In this document: positions 29,817-38,483 of the stretch, in pieces | How the letters are laid out: the number at the start of each line of letters is the position of its first letter | Numbering within the stretch: the first letter of the stretch is position 1 | Origin: Candidatus Omnitrophota bacterium | GTDB lineage: Bacteria > Omnitrophota > Gorgyraeia > JABMRN01 > RBG-13-46-9 | DNA length: 40,427 bases | Assembly: GCA_013203315.1 (NCBI GenBank) | Contig: JABMQJ010000014.1 | Span: forward strand, 1 to 40,427 | Reading direction: 5' to 3' | Notes under the pieces: model-generated | What the model was told of the DNA's origin: nothing | Seen by the model: the letters and a program-made list of their open reading frames with translations, nothing else | The model's database searches: none | Position numbers and translations under genes: made by a program

Positions 29817-29889
29817 GCCCCGCTAGCTCATCTGGTAGAGCACCGCTCTTTTAAGGCGGCCGTGAGAGGTTCGAGTCCTCTGCGGGGTA
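29817..29889 (+). tRNA. tRNA-Lys(TTT)
   Basis: Cloverleaf: GCCCCGC/GCGGGGT, GCTC/GAGC, CCGCT-CTTTTAA-GGCGG, AGAGG-TTCGAGT-CCTCT; CCA not encoded. Confidence 0.9.
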
Positions 29890-29893
29890 CTTC

Positions 29894-29929
29894 TTATACT
29901 GATTTGGTCTTGCGGCCAAATCAGTATAA
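29894..29929. repeat. Long inverted repeat/hairpin between tRNA-Lys and archease
   Basis: TTATACTGATTTGG ... CCAAATCAGTATAA, 14-bp perfect arms; no U-tract. Confidence 0.7.
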
Positions 29930-29941
29930 TAGGAAAACCCT

Positions 29942-30358
29942 ATGAAAAAATATGAACAAATTCCGCACACCTCGGATATAGCCCTCAGGGTATATGGTAA
30001 GGATTTAAAGGAACTTTTTGCAAACGCGGCCTACGGGATGTTCGACATAATTGCCGACCTTGAAGGCTTGAAAGAATCCGTATCCATAGATGTAAGTTTA
30101 AAAGCTCCTTCAAAAGAGGAGCTTTTGGTTTCTTGGCTGGATGAATTGCTTTATAGTTTTTACACTAAGGGCATAATATTTTTTAAATTCGATATAGACT
30201 CTATTAATAAAGAAGAGCTTGTGGCAAAAGCGCACGGAAGGCATGTCGGAGAAAATAGAAACAGGTTAAAATCGGAAATAAAGGCCGCCACGTATCACGA
30301 TCTGGAGATAAAAGAAGAAAGAGACGGGCTTAACGTACAAATCGTGTTTGACGTTTAA
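29942..30358 (+). CDS. Archease
   Basis: HTSD, LFANAA, LLVSWLDELLY, EIKAATYH, terminal FDV; directly upstream of rtcB. Confidence 0.95.
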   Translation: MKKYEQIPHTSDIALRVYGKDLKELFANAAYGMFDIIADLEGLKESVSIDVSLKAPSKEELLVSWLDELLYSFYTKGIIFFKFDIDSINKEELVAKAHGRHVGENRNRLKSEIKAATYHDLEIKEERDGLNVQIVFDV

Positions 30359-30371
30359 ACGGAATGTATCC

Positions 30372-31826
30372 ATGCAAACATGGCAAGGCCCCTTAGAAAA
30401 AATAGACGATTACAGATGGCGCATTCCTAAAAGCTATATGCAAGGAATGCGGGTGCCCGGCATAATCTATGCTGACCGTAATCTACTGGAAAGTATAAAA
30501 AATGATAAAGCCCCGATACAGGTAGCGAACGCTGCCTGCCTTCCCGGAATTGTAAAAAACTCACTTGCGATGCCTGACATTCATTGGGGATACGGCCTTC
30601 CCATAGGCGGCGTGGTAGCAACGGATATCGAATCAGGCGGCGTAATCACGCCCGGCGGCGTAGGCTATGACATAAATTGCGGCGTCCGGCTTGTAAAAAC
30701 AAACCTTACTGAAAAAGAGATAAAACCGCGAATTAAAGATTTAATTTATGCACTTTACAATAACATCCCCGCCGGTGTCGGCTCAGAAGGAAAAATAAGA
30801 GTAAGTGCTTCGGAAGAAAAGAAAATATTAACAAACGGCGCAAAATGGGCTGTTGATAAAGGATTTGGAACGAAAGAAGATTTAGAATATACCGAAGAAA
30901 AAGGAAGGATGGAAGGCGCGGATCCGTCAAATGTTTCCGAGAGGGCATACCAGAGAGGAAAAAGGCAATCAGGAACCCTTGGCAGCGGAAACCATTTTGT
31001 AGAGGTACAATCCGTGGACGAAATCTACGACGAAAAAACAGCAAAAACTTTTAATATAGAAAAAGGCCAGGTCACGATCATGATACATTCCGGTTCGCGT
31101 GGCTTTGGTTACCAGGTATGCGACGAGTACGCCAAGGGCATGAGTAGCGCGCAAAGTAAATATGGCATATCCGTTCCCGACAGGCAGCTTGCATGCGCGC
31201 CCGTTAAATCTCCGGAAGGGAAATCCTATATCGGGGCCATGAAATGCGCCGCAAACTACGCATGGAACAACAGGCAATGCCTCATGCATCTGGTGCGGGG
31301 AGTTTTCGAGAAATTTTTTAATAGAAGCTTTAATGATTTAGGAATGGATTTAATTTATGACGTTGCGCACAACATCGCAAAATTCGAGAAGTACAATATT
31401 GACGGGAAAGAAAAACTTCTGTGCGTACATAGGAAAGGTGCAACGCGCGCATTTGGGCCGGGACATCCGGACCTCCCTTCTGAATACAAAGATATAGGAC
31501 AACCTGTAATAATACCGGGTGACATGGGCAGGCATTCATTTTTATTGGTCGGTACTAAAAAAGCAGAAGAAACTTTTTACAGCACATGCCACGGGGCAGG
31601 CAGGCTTCTCTCAAGGAAAGCCGCCGTTTCCGCGTGTAGGGGTAGATCTATATCCCAGGAACTTGCGGAAAAGGGGATAGTGGTTATGGCCTCGGGACGC
31701 GGAACGTTAGCCGAAGAAGCGCCGGAGGCTTATAAAAACGTAGTAGATGTTGTGCACGTAGTTCACGAAGCAGGTATATCAAAGCGCGTCGCGCGGATGC
31801 AACCATTGGGTGTGATTAAGGGATAA
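30372..31826 (+). CDS. rtcB: RNA ligase RtcB (long, archease-associated type)
   Basis: MPDIHWGYG.PIGG, GYDINCG, GTLGSGNHF, HSGSRG, HRKGAT, CHGAGR, EEAPEAYK, terminal IKG; no intein. Confidence 0.97.
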   Translation: MQTWQGPLEKIDDYRWRIPKSYMQGMRVPGIIYADRNLLESIKNDKAPIQVANAACLPGIVKNSLAMPDIHWGYGLPIGGVVATDIESGGVITPGGVGYDINCGVRLVKTNLTEKEIKPRIKDLIYALYNNIPAGVGSEGKIRVSASEEKKILTNGAKWAVDKGFGTKEDLEYTEEKGRMEGADPSNVSERAYQRGKRQSGTLGSGNHFVEVQSVDEIYDEKTAKTFNIEKGQVTIMIHSGSRGFGYQVCDEYAKGMSSAQSKYGISVPDRQLACAPVKSPEGKSYIGAMKCAANYAWNNRQCLMHLVRGVFEKFFNRSFNDLGMDLIYDVAHNIAKFEKYNIDGKEKLLCVHRKGATRAFGPGHPDLPSEYKDIGQPVIIPGDMGRHSFLLVGTKKAEETFYSTCHGAGRLLSRKAAVSACRGRSISQELAEKGIVVMASGRGTLAEEAPEAYKNVVDVVHVVHEAGISKRVARMQPLGVIKG

Positions 31827-31839
31827 GGAAGAGGTAAAC

Positions 31840-33114
31840 ATGCTAGACATAAAATTTATACGGGAAAACGCTAAATTAGTTAAAAAAGCCATAAAGGATA
31901 AAGGGGTCGATTTAGACATCGACAAATTTCTGGATCTGGACAAGGAAAGGCGCAAGTTACTAACGGAAGTGGAAGATCTCAAGCGTAAAAAGAACGAAGT
32001 TTCTGATAAAGTAGGCAAAATGATGCGAGAAAAGAAGAACCCAAAGGACATTATAGCCTCTATGAAGACAGCATCCCAAAAAATAGGCAAAATTGAGGCA
32101 AAAGTGGAAGATATAGAGCAAAAATTAAAGGAATTTACGTATGAATTCCCAAATATAGCCCATAAATCCGTTCCTATAGGTCCCGGAGTAGAGGCAAATA
32201 AGCTTGTTAAAGAGTGGGGAAAGGCCCCAAAATTCGACTTTGAGCCCCAAAATCACATAAAAATCGGCGAAATCCTTGATATTTTTGACTTTGGCAGGGC
32301 CGCAAAGATCGCAGGAGCCGGTTTTGCGTTGTATAAAGGACTAGGGGCTAGGCTCGAGCGGGCCCTATTTAACTTTATGCTTGACCTGCATGCGAGGAAG
32401 CACGGTTATACGGAGGTTTCCCCCCCGTTTTTAGTAAACCGTAAAAGCATGACAGGGACAGGCCAGCTTCCCAAGCTTGAGGAAGACATGTATAAACTAA
32501 AGGATGAAGATCTTTTTCTTGTTCCCACAGCCGAGGTTCCGGTTACTAATATTCACGCAAATGAGGTTTTGGAGGAAAAGGCGTTGCCTATTTGTTATGC
32601 GGCATATACGCCGTGCTTCAGGCGCGAAGCCGGCTCATACGGAAAAGACACCAAGGGCTTAACAAGGCTCCACCAGTTTGACAAAGTTGAACTCGTAAAA
32701 TTCGTAAAGCCTGAAACATCTTACGACGAACTTGAAAAACTCCTTTGCGATGCCGAAGACGTGATCCAGGCGCTCGAATTACCATATAGAATTATAGCGC
32801 TTTCTACGGGGGACTTGAGCTTTGCGGCAAGCAAATGTTATGATATAGAGCTCTGGGCCCCGGGTGTAAAAAAATGGCTTGAAGTTTCAAGCTGTTCCAA
32901 TTTTACCGATTTCCAGGCCCGCAGGGCAAATATAAAATTTAAATCCAAAGCGTCGAAAAAACTACAGTATGTTCATACGTTAAACGGATCGGGCGTTGCT
33001 CTAGCCAGGCTTGTAATTGCTATCCTGGAAATTCACCAGAATAAAGACGGTAGCGTAAACATCCCGAAGGCGCTACGCCCTTACCTGGACGGACTCGACG
33101 CGATAAAATTGTAA
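31840..33114 (+). CDS. serS: Serine--tRNA ligase
   Basis: MLDIK, PTAEVP, FRREAG, HQFDKVE, EVSSCSN, HTLNGSG. Confidence 0.98.
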   Translation: MLDIKFIRENAKLVKKAIKDKGVDLDIDKFLDLDKERRKLLTEVEDLKRKKNEVSDKVGKMMREKKNPKDIIASMKTASQKIGKIEAKVEDIEQKLKEFTYEFPNIAHKSVPIGPGVEANKLVKEWGKAPKFDFEPQNHIKIGEILDIFDFGRAAKIAGAGFALYKGLGARLERALFNFMLDLHARKHGYTEVSPPFLVNRKSMTGTGQLPKLEEDMYKLKDEDLFLVPTAEVPVTNIHANEVLEEKALPICYAAYTPCFRREAGSYGKDTKGLTRLHQFDKVELVKFVKPETSYDELEKLLCDAEDVIQALELPYRIIALSTGDLSFAASKCYDIELWAPGVKKWLEVSSCSNFTDFQARRANIKFKSKASKKLQYVHTLNGSGVALARLVIAILEIHQNKDGSVNIPKALRPYLDGLDAIKL

Positions 33115-33120
33115 TAAAAT

Positions 33121-33783
33121 ATGCTTAGCAAAGTTATCAAAATAACCATTGCCCTTTTGTTTATTCCTATTGCCATAGCGGCGACAAGGGCCTTTTTCGG
33201 GAGCCTGGATAGTTTAGCGTTTGTTAATATTAATTCATTCTTGCTTATCGGCGGCTTTTTCGCGTATCCTGTTTTTCGAATAGTTTTCGTAAAGCCGACG
33301 TATTTTTACGCCCTTGGGCATGAAGTAGTTCACGTATTGGCGACGTGGCTTTGCGGCGGAAAAGTAACGTCTTTTCACGTATCACAAAGAGGCGGAGAAG
33401 TTACGACTACGAAAACGAATTCTTTTATTAGGTTAAGCCCTTATTTTGTACCGATTCACGCGATATTTTTATCTATGGTATATGCGGCTTTGTTTAGCAT
33501 CCTTAACCTGTCGCGATTTTTCAATGAATTTCTTTTTTTAATGGGATTTACAATAGGCTTGCACATATTCATGACGATAGAAACTATGAAAACAAGTCAG
33601 CCGGACATCATGAAAACAGGGTATTTTTTCTCGGTATTATTTATATACGTCGCGAACATCTTTGTTCTAATTTCAATTTTGAGCGTTATTTCCAAACAAA
33701 TTTCTTTTGTAAATTTTGTGAAAAATACGTTTGTTCTTTCAAAAGATATTTATTTAAGTTTTTTTGGCAAGTTATTTACTTAG
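33121..33783 (+). CDS. Membrane Zn metallopeptidase-like protein (M50B-like)
   Basis: HEVVH motif, GGEV, LSPYF, QPD, several TM helices. Confidence 0.65.
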   Translation: MLSKVIKITIALLFIPIAIAATRAFFGSLDSLAFVNINSFLLIGGFFAYPVFRIVFVKPTYFYALGHEVVHVLATWLCGGKVTSFHVSQRGGEVTTTKTNSFIRLSPYFVPIHAIFLSMVYAALFSILNLSRFFNEFLFLMGFTIGLHIFMTIETMKTSQPDIMKTGYFFSVLFIYVANIFVLISILSVISKQISFVNFVKNTFVLSKDIYLSFFGKLFT

Positions 33784-33794
33784 AGCGGAAGCGC

Positions 33795-33856
33795 AAATTT
33801 GCCCCTCGGTTGCTTCCATAGGGCGCAACCTCGGGACGAATTTATTTCATAAATTC
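33795..33856 (+). repeat. Structured tRNA leader repeat, copy 1
   Basis: 49-nt unit 33795-33843 is 48/49 identical to 33955-34003; followed by hairpin GAATTTAT-TTC-ATAAATTC. Confidence 0.9.
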
Positions 33857-33944
33857 GGAGGAGTGGCTGAGTGGTCGAAAGCGGCGGTCTTGAAAACCGT
33901 TGTACCTTCGGGTACCGTGGGTTCGAATCCTACCTCCTCCGCCA
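33857..33944 (+). tRNA. tRNA-Ser(TGA)
   Basis: GGAGGAG/CTCCTCC-GCCA, anticodon loop CTTGAAA, long variable arm. Confidence 0.96.
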
Positions 33945-33954
33945 ACTTTTCGCG

Positions 33955-34017
33955 AAATTTGCCCCTCGGTTGCTTCCATAGGTCGCAACCTCGGGACGAA
34001 TTTGCTGTCGCAAATTC
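33955..34017 (+). repeat. Structured tRNA leader repeat, copy 2
   Basis: Same 49-nt unit; followed by hairpin GAATTTGC-TGTC-GCAAATTC. Confidence 0.9.
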
Positions 34018-34108
34018 GGAAGGATGGGTGAGCGGTTGAAACCGGACGCCTCGAAAGCGTCTGTACTCCAAAAGAGTACCGCAGGTTCGAATCCTGCTCC
34101 TTCCGCCA
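34018..34108 (+). tRNA. tRNA-Ser(CGA)
   Basis: GGAAGGA/TCCTTCC-GCCA, GACGC-CTCGAAA-GCGTC, long variable arm. Confidence 0.96.
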
Positions 34109-34122
34109 TGACTAAATATTTC

Positions 34123-34211
34123 GGAGAGGTCGCATAGCGGTCTAGTGCACCTGCTTGGAGAGCAGGAGTACCCTTTGGGTGCCCAGGGTTCGAATCCCTG
34201 CCTCTCCGCCA
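34123..34211 (+). tRNA. tRNA-Ser(GGA)
   Basis: GGAGAGG/CCTCTCC-GCCA, CCTGC-TTGGAGA-GCAGG, long variable arm. Confidence 0.96.
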
Positions 34212-34240
34212 GTTTTGATACGGAGCTTTCAATAAGAAGG

Positions 34241-34260
34241 GACGGAAGGTATCTTCCGTC
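34241..34260. terminator. Hairpin downstream of the tRNA-Ser cluster (possible terminator/processing signal)
   Basis: GACGGAAG-GTAT-CTTCCGTC; no good U-tract on +. Confidence 0.4.
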
Positions 34261-34371
34261 GAAAAAATCAATCGGCGCTCTTATTAAGTAGTGTGTCCCC
34301 TTAATTCAAAAAGCGCTTGGGTTGGGTTTGGAGAGTGTAAAAGCTTGCCTTCAACTTATTAAGCTATTACA

Positions 34372-34416
34372 ATTCTAACATAAATACTGGTACAGCTTTT
34401 AGGGGCAGGTCAATAA
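34372..34416 (+). repeat. IS3-like terminal sequence, copy L
   Basis: ATTCTAACATAAATACTGGTACAGCTTTTAGGGGCAGGTCA|ATAA; 34388-34416 is 28/29 identical to 38427-38455. Confidence 0.75.
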
Positions 34417-34540
34417 CCATCGCGCGCTGCTCAAATCTATAGATGTAAATAAAGAATGCGGACGCTGCACGTACGGGGAATATGCCGGACAAATCGAAGA
34501 GATGGTAATGCAAGATAGGATGTGTCTCAATTTTCCGTAA
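34415..34540 (+). pseudogene. 3' fragment of a gene, radical SAM/SPASM-like C-terminus
   Basis: NHRALLKSIDVNKECGRCTYGEYAGQIEEMVMQDRMCLNFP*; CxxC; begins at the IS-like end with no start codon. Confidence 0.55.
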
Positions 34541-34566
34541 GCAATTTAAACATAAGGGGGTGGAAA

Positions 34567-36003
34567 TTGGTATACTTGGACCGGATACGACAACAATATC
34601 TGAAAGATCGCGCGGCGCACTGGAACAAGGTCGCGGTTAATCTCCGCTATAAAAAACTGGGTTCATATTACAAGAAAAGATTAGCCCGGATTTACAGCCT
34701 TTGTATTCCCCCTGGGGCTAGGGTGCTGGAGCTTGGATGTGCAGAAGGAGATCTATTGAATGCCTTGAAACCTGCTTATGGCGTAGGCATTGATTTTTCC
34801 GATGAGATGATAAAGCTCGCCAAAAGAAAATATCCCAAGCTTAATTTTATTGCGTGCGACGCAGAACACCTGAATATAGATGATACCTTCGATTTTATCA
34901 TACTCTCTGATATTGTGAATGATCTCTGGGATGTTCAAGAAGTTTTCACGCAGATAAAGAAAGTTTGCGGTAAGAGTACGCGTATCATACTCAATCTCTA
35001 CAGCCATTTATGGGAGTGGCCGTTGTTGTTGGCGCAGAAATTCGGATTATCAAGGCCCAACCTTCCACAAAATTGGCTTACCCGGGAAGATATAACCAAC
35101 CTTCTTTACCTCGCCGATTTTGAGGTTATCCGTTTTTGGCAAGAAATCCTTTATCCCTTATCAACTCCTCTCGTGTCGTCATTTGCTAACTGTTTTCTGG
35201 TCAAGATGTTTCCCTTTAATATGCTTGCATTGACCAATTTCGCCATTGCAAGGCCGAGGCCTAACCAAGGGCCGGTAATGGATAACCCCACGGTATCTGT
35301 TATCGTGCCGGCGCGTAATGAATCGGGAAACATTCGAGAGGTTCTTTCCCGCATCCCTGATATGGGAAAAGAGACAGAGATTATTTTCGTTGAAGGCCAT
35401 TCGAAAGATGACACTTCTGCCGTCATAGAAAAGACTATAGCCGAGTTTTCCAATCGGAAATGCAAATATTTACGCCAGACCGGCAAAGGTAAAGGTGATG
35501 CGGTAAGGCTTGGTTTTTCGCATGCCAGTGGAGAAATATTAATGATTCTGGACGCTGATATTTCGGTGGCACCGGAAGACTTACCAAAATTTTATGAAAC
35601 GCTTGTTTTAAACAAGGCGGAGTTTATGAACGGCGTGCGGTTGGTTTATCCCATTCAAAAGCACACCATGCGTTTTCTCAATCTTGTTGCCAATAAAGCA
35701 TTCACCGTTATTTTTTCCTGGCTCCTTGGCCAACATATGAAAGATACTCTCTGCGGAACAAAGGTACTTTGGCATAGAGATTACATAAAAATAGCGGAAA
35801 ACCGCGCGTATTTCGGGGATTTTGACCCCTTCGGAGATTTTGATCTCCTCTTCGGAGCCGCAAAACTAAATCTGAAGATAGCAGATTTGCCGGTTCGCTA
35901 TTATGAACGTAAATATGGAAAAACCAATATTCGGCGATGGCGGCACGGGATGTTGCTTATTGAAATGATGTTGTTTGCCGCCAGGAAGATTAAATTCATT
36001 TGA
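34567..36003 (+). CDS. Class I SAM methyltransferase - GT2 glycosyltransferase fusion
   Basis: VLELGCAEG, GIDFS; then VSVIVPARNE, GKGDAVR.G, LDAD, DTLCGTK, DPFGDFDLL. TTG start after GGGGG SD (track start 34522). Confidence 0.9.
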   Translation: MVYLDRIRQQYLKDRAAHWNKVAVNLRYKKLGSYYKKRLARIYSLCIPPGARVLELGCAEGDLLNALKPAYGVGIDFSDEMIKLAKRKYPKLNFIACDAEHLNIDDTFDFIILSDIVNDLWDVQEVFTQIKKVCGKSTRIILNLYSHLWEWPLLLAQKFGLSRPNLPQNWLTREDITNLLYLADFEVIRFWQEILYPLSTPLVSSFANCFLVKMFPFNMLALTNFAIARPRPNQGPVMDNPTVSVIVPARNESGNIREVLSRIPDMGKETEIIFVEGHSKDDTSAVIEKTIAEFSNRKCKYLRQTGKGKGDAVRLGFSHASGEILMILDADISVAPEDLPKFYETLVLNKAEFMNGVRLVYPIQKHTMRFLNLVANKAFTVIFSWLLGQHMKDTLCGTKVLWHRDYIKIAENRAYFGDFDPFGDFDLLFGAAKLNLKIADLPVRYYERKYGKTNIRRWRHGMLLIEMMLFAARKIKFI

Positions 36004-36049
36004 TTCGCACGCAGCTGCAATCTAAGGCAAAGATAAAAAAGGGGATGAA

Positions 36050-36691
36050 ATGGGAAGGACTTTATTGAAAATGCTGCCCGTAGGTCACTATGCGGTAGCT
36101 GACAGGGACGACCCGATCCGTTTTTATCAATACCCGATAATAGGCAGGGCATACCGTCGTCGCGTCGAATTATGCCTCGCTGAACTGCGCGATGGAAACA
36201 GGATATTGGAAGTAGGATTTGGCTCCGGAAGCGCCTTTTTAAATCTAAATGAAAAATACGGGGAGATCCACGGGCTTGATCTAAAGGCAAATGTCGATGC
36301 GGTATCGGAAGTATTTAAAAAAATAGGTATACAAGTTTTCCTAAAGAATGGGAATGTCCTTTCCATGCCTTATGCTGACAATTACTTTGACAGCATCCTG
36401 TTAATTTCCATTCTGGAACACCTGCATCCGGAGTCACAGGAAGAGGCCTTTCGGGAAATAACAAGGGTTCTAAAAAAAGGAGGGCAGGTAGTGTACGGAG
36501 TCCCCGTAGAGCGTCCTTTGATGTATTTATTATTCAGATTATTCGGCTTAGACATACGGAAGCAGCATTTTTCAAATGAAAAAGAGATTGTTATGCATGC
36601 GGAAAGATTTTTAAAGAAAATAAGAATAAGCAAAATGAAACTGGGCCCGCTCGGCAGTATATATGAAGTAGGACACTTTATAAAAAATTAA
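36050..36691 (+). CDS. Class I SAM-dependent methyltransferase
   Basis: ILEVGFGSG, GLDL, MPYADNYFD, LEHL, RVLKKGG. Confidence 0.9.
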   Translation: MGRTLLKMLPVGHYAVADRDDPIRFYQYPIIGRAYRRRVELCLAELRDGNRILEVGFGSGSAFLNLNEKYGEIHGLDLKANVDAVSEVFKKIGIQVFLKNGNVLSMPYADNYFDSILLISILEHLHPESQEEAFREITRVLKKGGQVVYGVPVERPLMYLLFRLFGLDIRKQHFSNEKEIVMHAERFLKKIRISKMKLGPLGSIYEVGHFIKN

Positions 36692-36701
36692 TAATAATAT
36701 A

Positions 36702-38309
36702 ATGAGGTGTCTCTTGAAAGAACGACCGTACCAAAAACTGATTGAAAAAAACAAAAAGATTATTGTTTTTCTTTTCTTTTTGGTTTTGCTTCTCACGGGT
36801 CTCAATATATATAAAGATTATGGCGTCCATTGGGACGAGTATACTAACCAACATTTCGGCTACAAATGGGCTGGCTACGCTAATAATGTGATATTTAGAA
36901 AAGGCGTTGCCGGTGATTCATCTCCTGACTCTCAGGATTTGACTCATGGTCCTGTTTTCGAAATATTCGTTTTATTTATTCAAAGGAAATTTTTCAGTAT
37001 TAACGATTCGAGACACCTGATTTTTTTTAGGCACCTTTGCACATTTCTCTTATTCTATACGGGCGTATACTTTTTTTATTTAATATGTAAACTTCATTTT
37101 AAAAACTGGAAGATCTGTTTGCTAGGGAGTGTTTTTTTTATCTTAAGTCCAAGAATATTTGCCGAATCGTTTTATAACTCGAACGACATACCGTTTCTGT
37201 CTTTTTATATAATATGCATGTACACCTTGCTCCGTTATCTTGATAAAAAAACATTTACCTCGGCCGCTATCCATGCGGTTACCTGTGCCTTGTTAATCGA
37301 TATTAGAATAGCAGGAGTAACTCTGCCGCTATATACCCTTGCTTTTTTAGCTGCAGATATATTAAGAATGTCAACACATAGAGAGAAGGTAAGGGGGAGC
37401 AAGACCGCTTTACTTTACATATCGTTACTGATCGTACTTAGCTTTATTTTTTGGCCCCTTTTATGGTCGCATACTTTCTCAAAGTTAGCAATGATGGTTA
37501 AAGCATTGAAGAATGATTATTGGACAGGATCTTATCTATATTTTGGAAGATATGCTAAACTTGAAAATCAGCCCTGGCACTACGGCCCGGTATGGATACT
37601 AATATCGACACCTTTATTTTATTCCTTCTGTTTTTTTGTCGGATGTCTTGCTTCAATAAAAATGTATATTAAAAATTCAATAATGCCTGCCTGCACCAAA
37701 AGAAACAATCTTTTATTTGCGTTATGGTTTTTATTCCCGTTAATATTAAGCTACCGCAGAATGTACGACGGGTGGCGGCATTTATACTTTATTTATCCGG
37801 CCTTTTTGATATTTTCTTTAACAGGTTTAATAGCTTTATGGAAATTTATTGAAATCAGGTTTCAAAAACAAATCTCGCGAATTATCCATGCAGCGCTTAT
37901 TATTGCTGCGGTATTGAGCATGACTAATTCCGTTTACTTTATGGTAAAAAACCATCCTTATCAGAATGTTTATTTCAACATCCTTGCCGGTAGGAACATG
38001 AAAGCAATAAAGAGCAGATTCGAACTGGATTATTGGGGCCTGTCATATAGAAAGGCCCTGGAATATATCTTAAGAAACGATAAAGATGACGTTATTAAAA
38101 TTTACGTCGCCAATGCCCCGGGAAGACATAACGCGAATATCCTAACCGAAGACTGCAAAAAGAGGTTGTTGTATGTGACGTCTTTAGACGACGCTAAATA
38201 TTTTTTAAGTAATTACAGATTTCATCCCGGAGAATATCCGTATAAGGAAGAGTTTTTCTCTATAAAAATCGGCGAAGCAAAAATTATGATTGTATATAAG
38301 CTAAAATAA
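36702..38309 (+). CDS. Polytopic GT-C glycosyltransferase (ArnT/PMT-like)
   Basis: DYGVHWDE after the first TM, many TM helices, SPRIFAESFYN..DIPF, YDGWRH, DYWG; AT-rich. Confidence 0.8.
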   Translation: MRCLLKERPYQKLIEKNKKIIVFLFFLVLLLTGLNIYKDYGVHWDEYTNQHFGYKWAGYANNVIFRKGVAGDSSPDSQDLTHGPVFEIFVLFIQRKFFSINDSRHLIFFRHLCTFLLFYTGVYFFYLICKLHFKNWKICLLGSVFFILSPRIFAESFYNSNDIPFLSFYIICMYTLLRYLDKKTFTSAAIHAVTCALLIDIRIAGVTLPLYTLAFLAADILRMSTHREKVRGSKTALLYISLLIVLSFIFWPLLWSHTFSKLAMMVKALKNDYWTGSYLYFGRYAKLENQPWHYGPVWILISTPLFYSFCFFVGCLASIKMYIKNSIMPACTKRNNLLFALWFLFPLILSYRRMYDGWRHLYFIYPAFLIFSLTGLIALWKFIEIRFQKQISRIIHAALIIAAVLSMTNSVYFMVKNHPYQNVYFNILAGRNMKAIKSRFELDYWGLSYRKALEYILRNDKDDVIKIYVANAPGRHNANILTEDCKKRLLYVTSLDDAKYFLSNYRFHPGEYPYKEEFFSIKIGEAKIMIVYKLK

Positions 38310-38426
38310 AGGGGAGCAGTACAAAAAAGTATTTAAAATAGCTTTCTTATGGCTTATTTCCGCGACCTTCAATTCCACCGTATCCATAATGAACATCAAT
38401 ATTATGCCCAGCTCTCTCTTAAGAAG

Positions 38427-38455
38427 TGGTACAACTTTTAGGGGCAGGTCAATAA
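38427..38455 (+). repeat. IS3-like terminal sequence, copy R1
   Basis: TGGTACAACTTTTAGGGGCAGGTCA|ATAA. Confidence 0.75.
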
Positions 38456-38483
38456 GTGATAGGCAATAGTCATTGTTTACCAT

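Noticed and set aside
15578-31826. Inteins in dnaB/rtcB, tRNA introns, or stop-codon recoding
   Set aside because: Proteins are of normal length, tRNAs are uninterrupted, and TAA/TAG/TGA all end conserved genes at the expected positions
33795-34003. CRISPR array
   Set aside because: Only two 49-nt copies, the 'spacer' is a tRNA gene, and there are no cas genes
33764-34271. Track ORFs over the tRNA-Ser cluster
   Set aside because: Artefacts of GC-rich tRNA and repeat sequence
38301-38483. 60-aa minus-strand ORF as an integrase remnant
   Set aside because: No H-x-x-R, LGH or catalytic Y pattern; it spans an IS-like end
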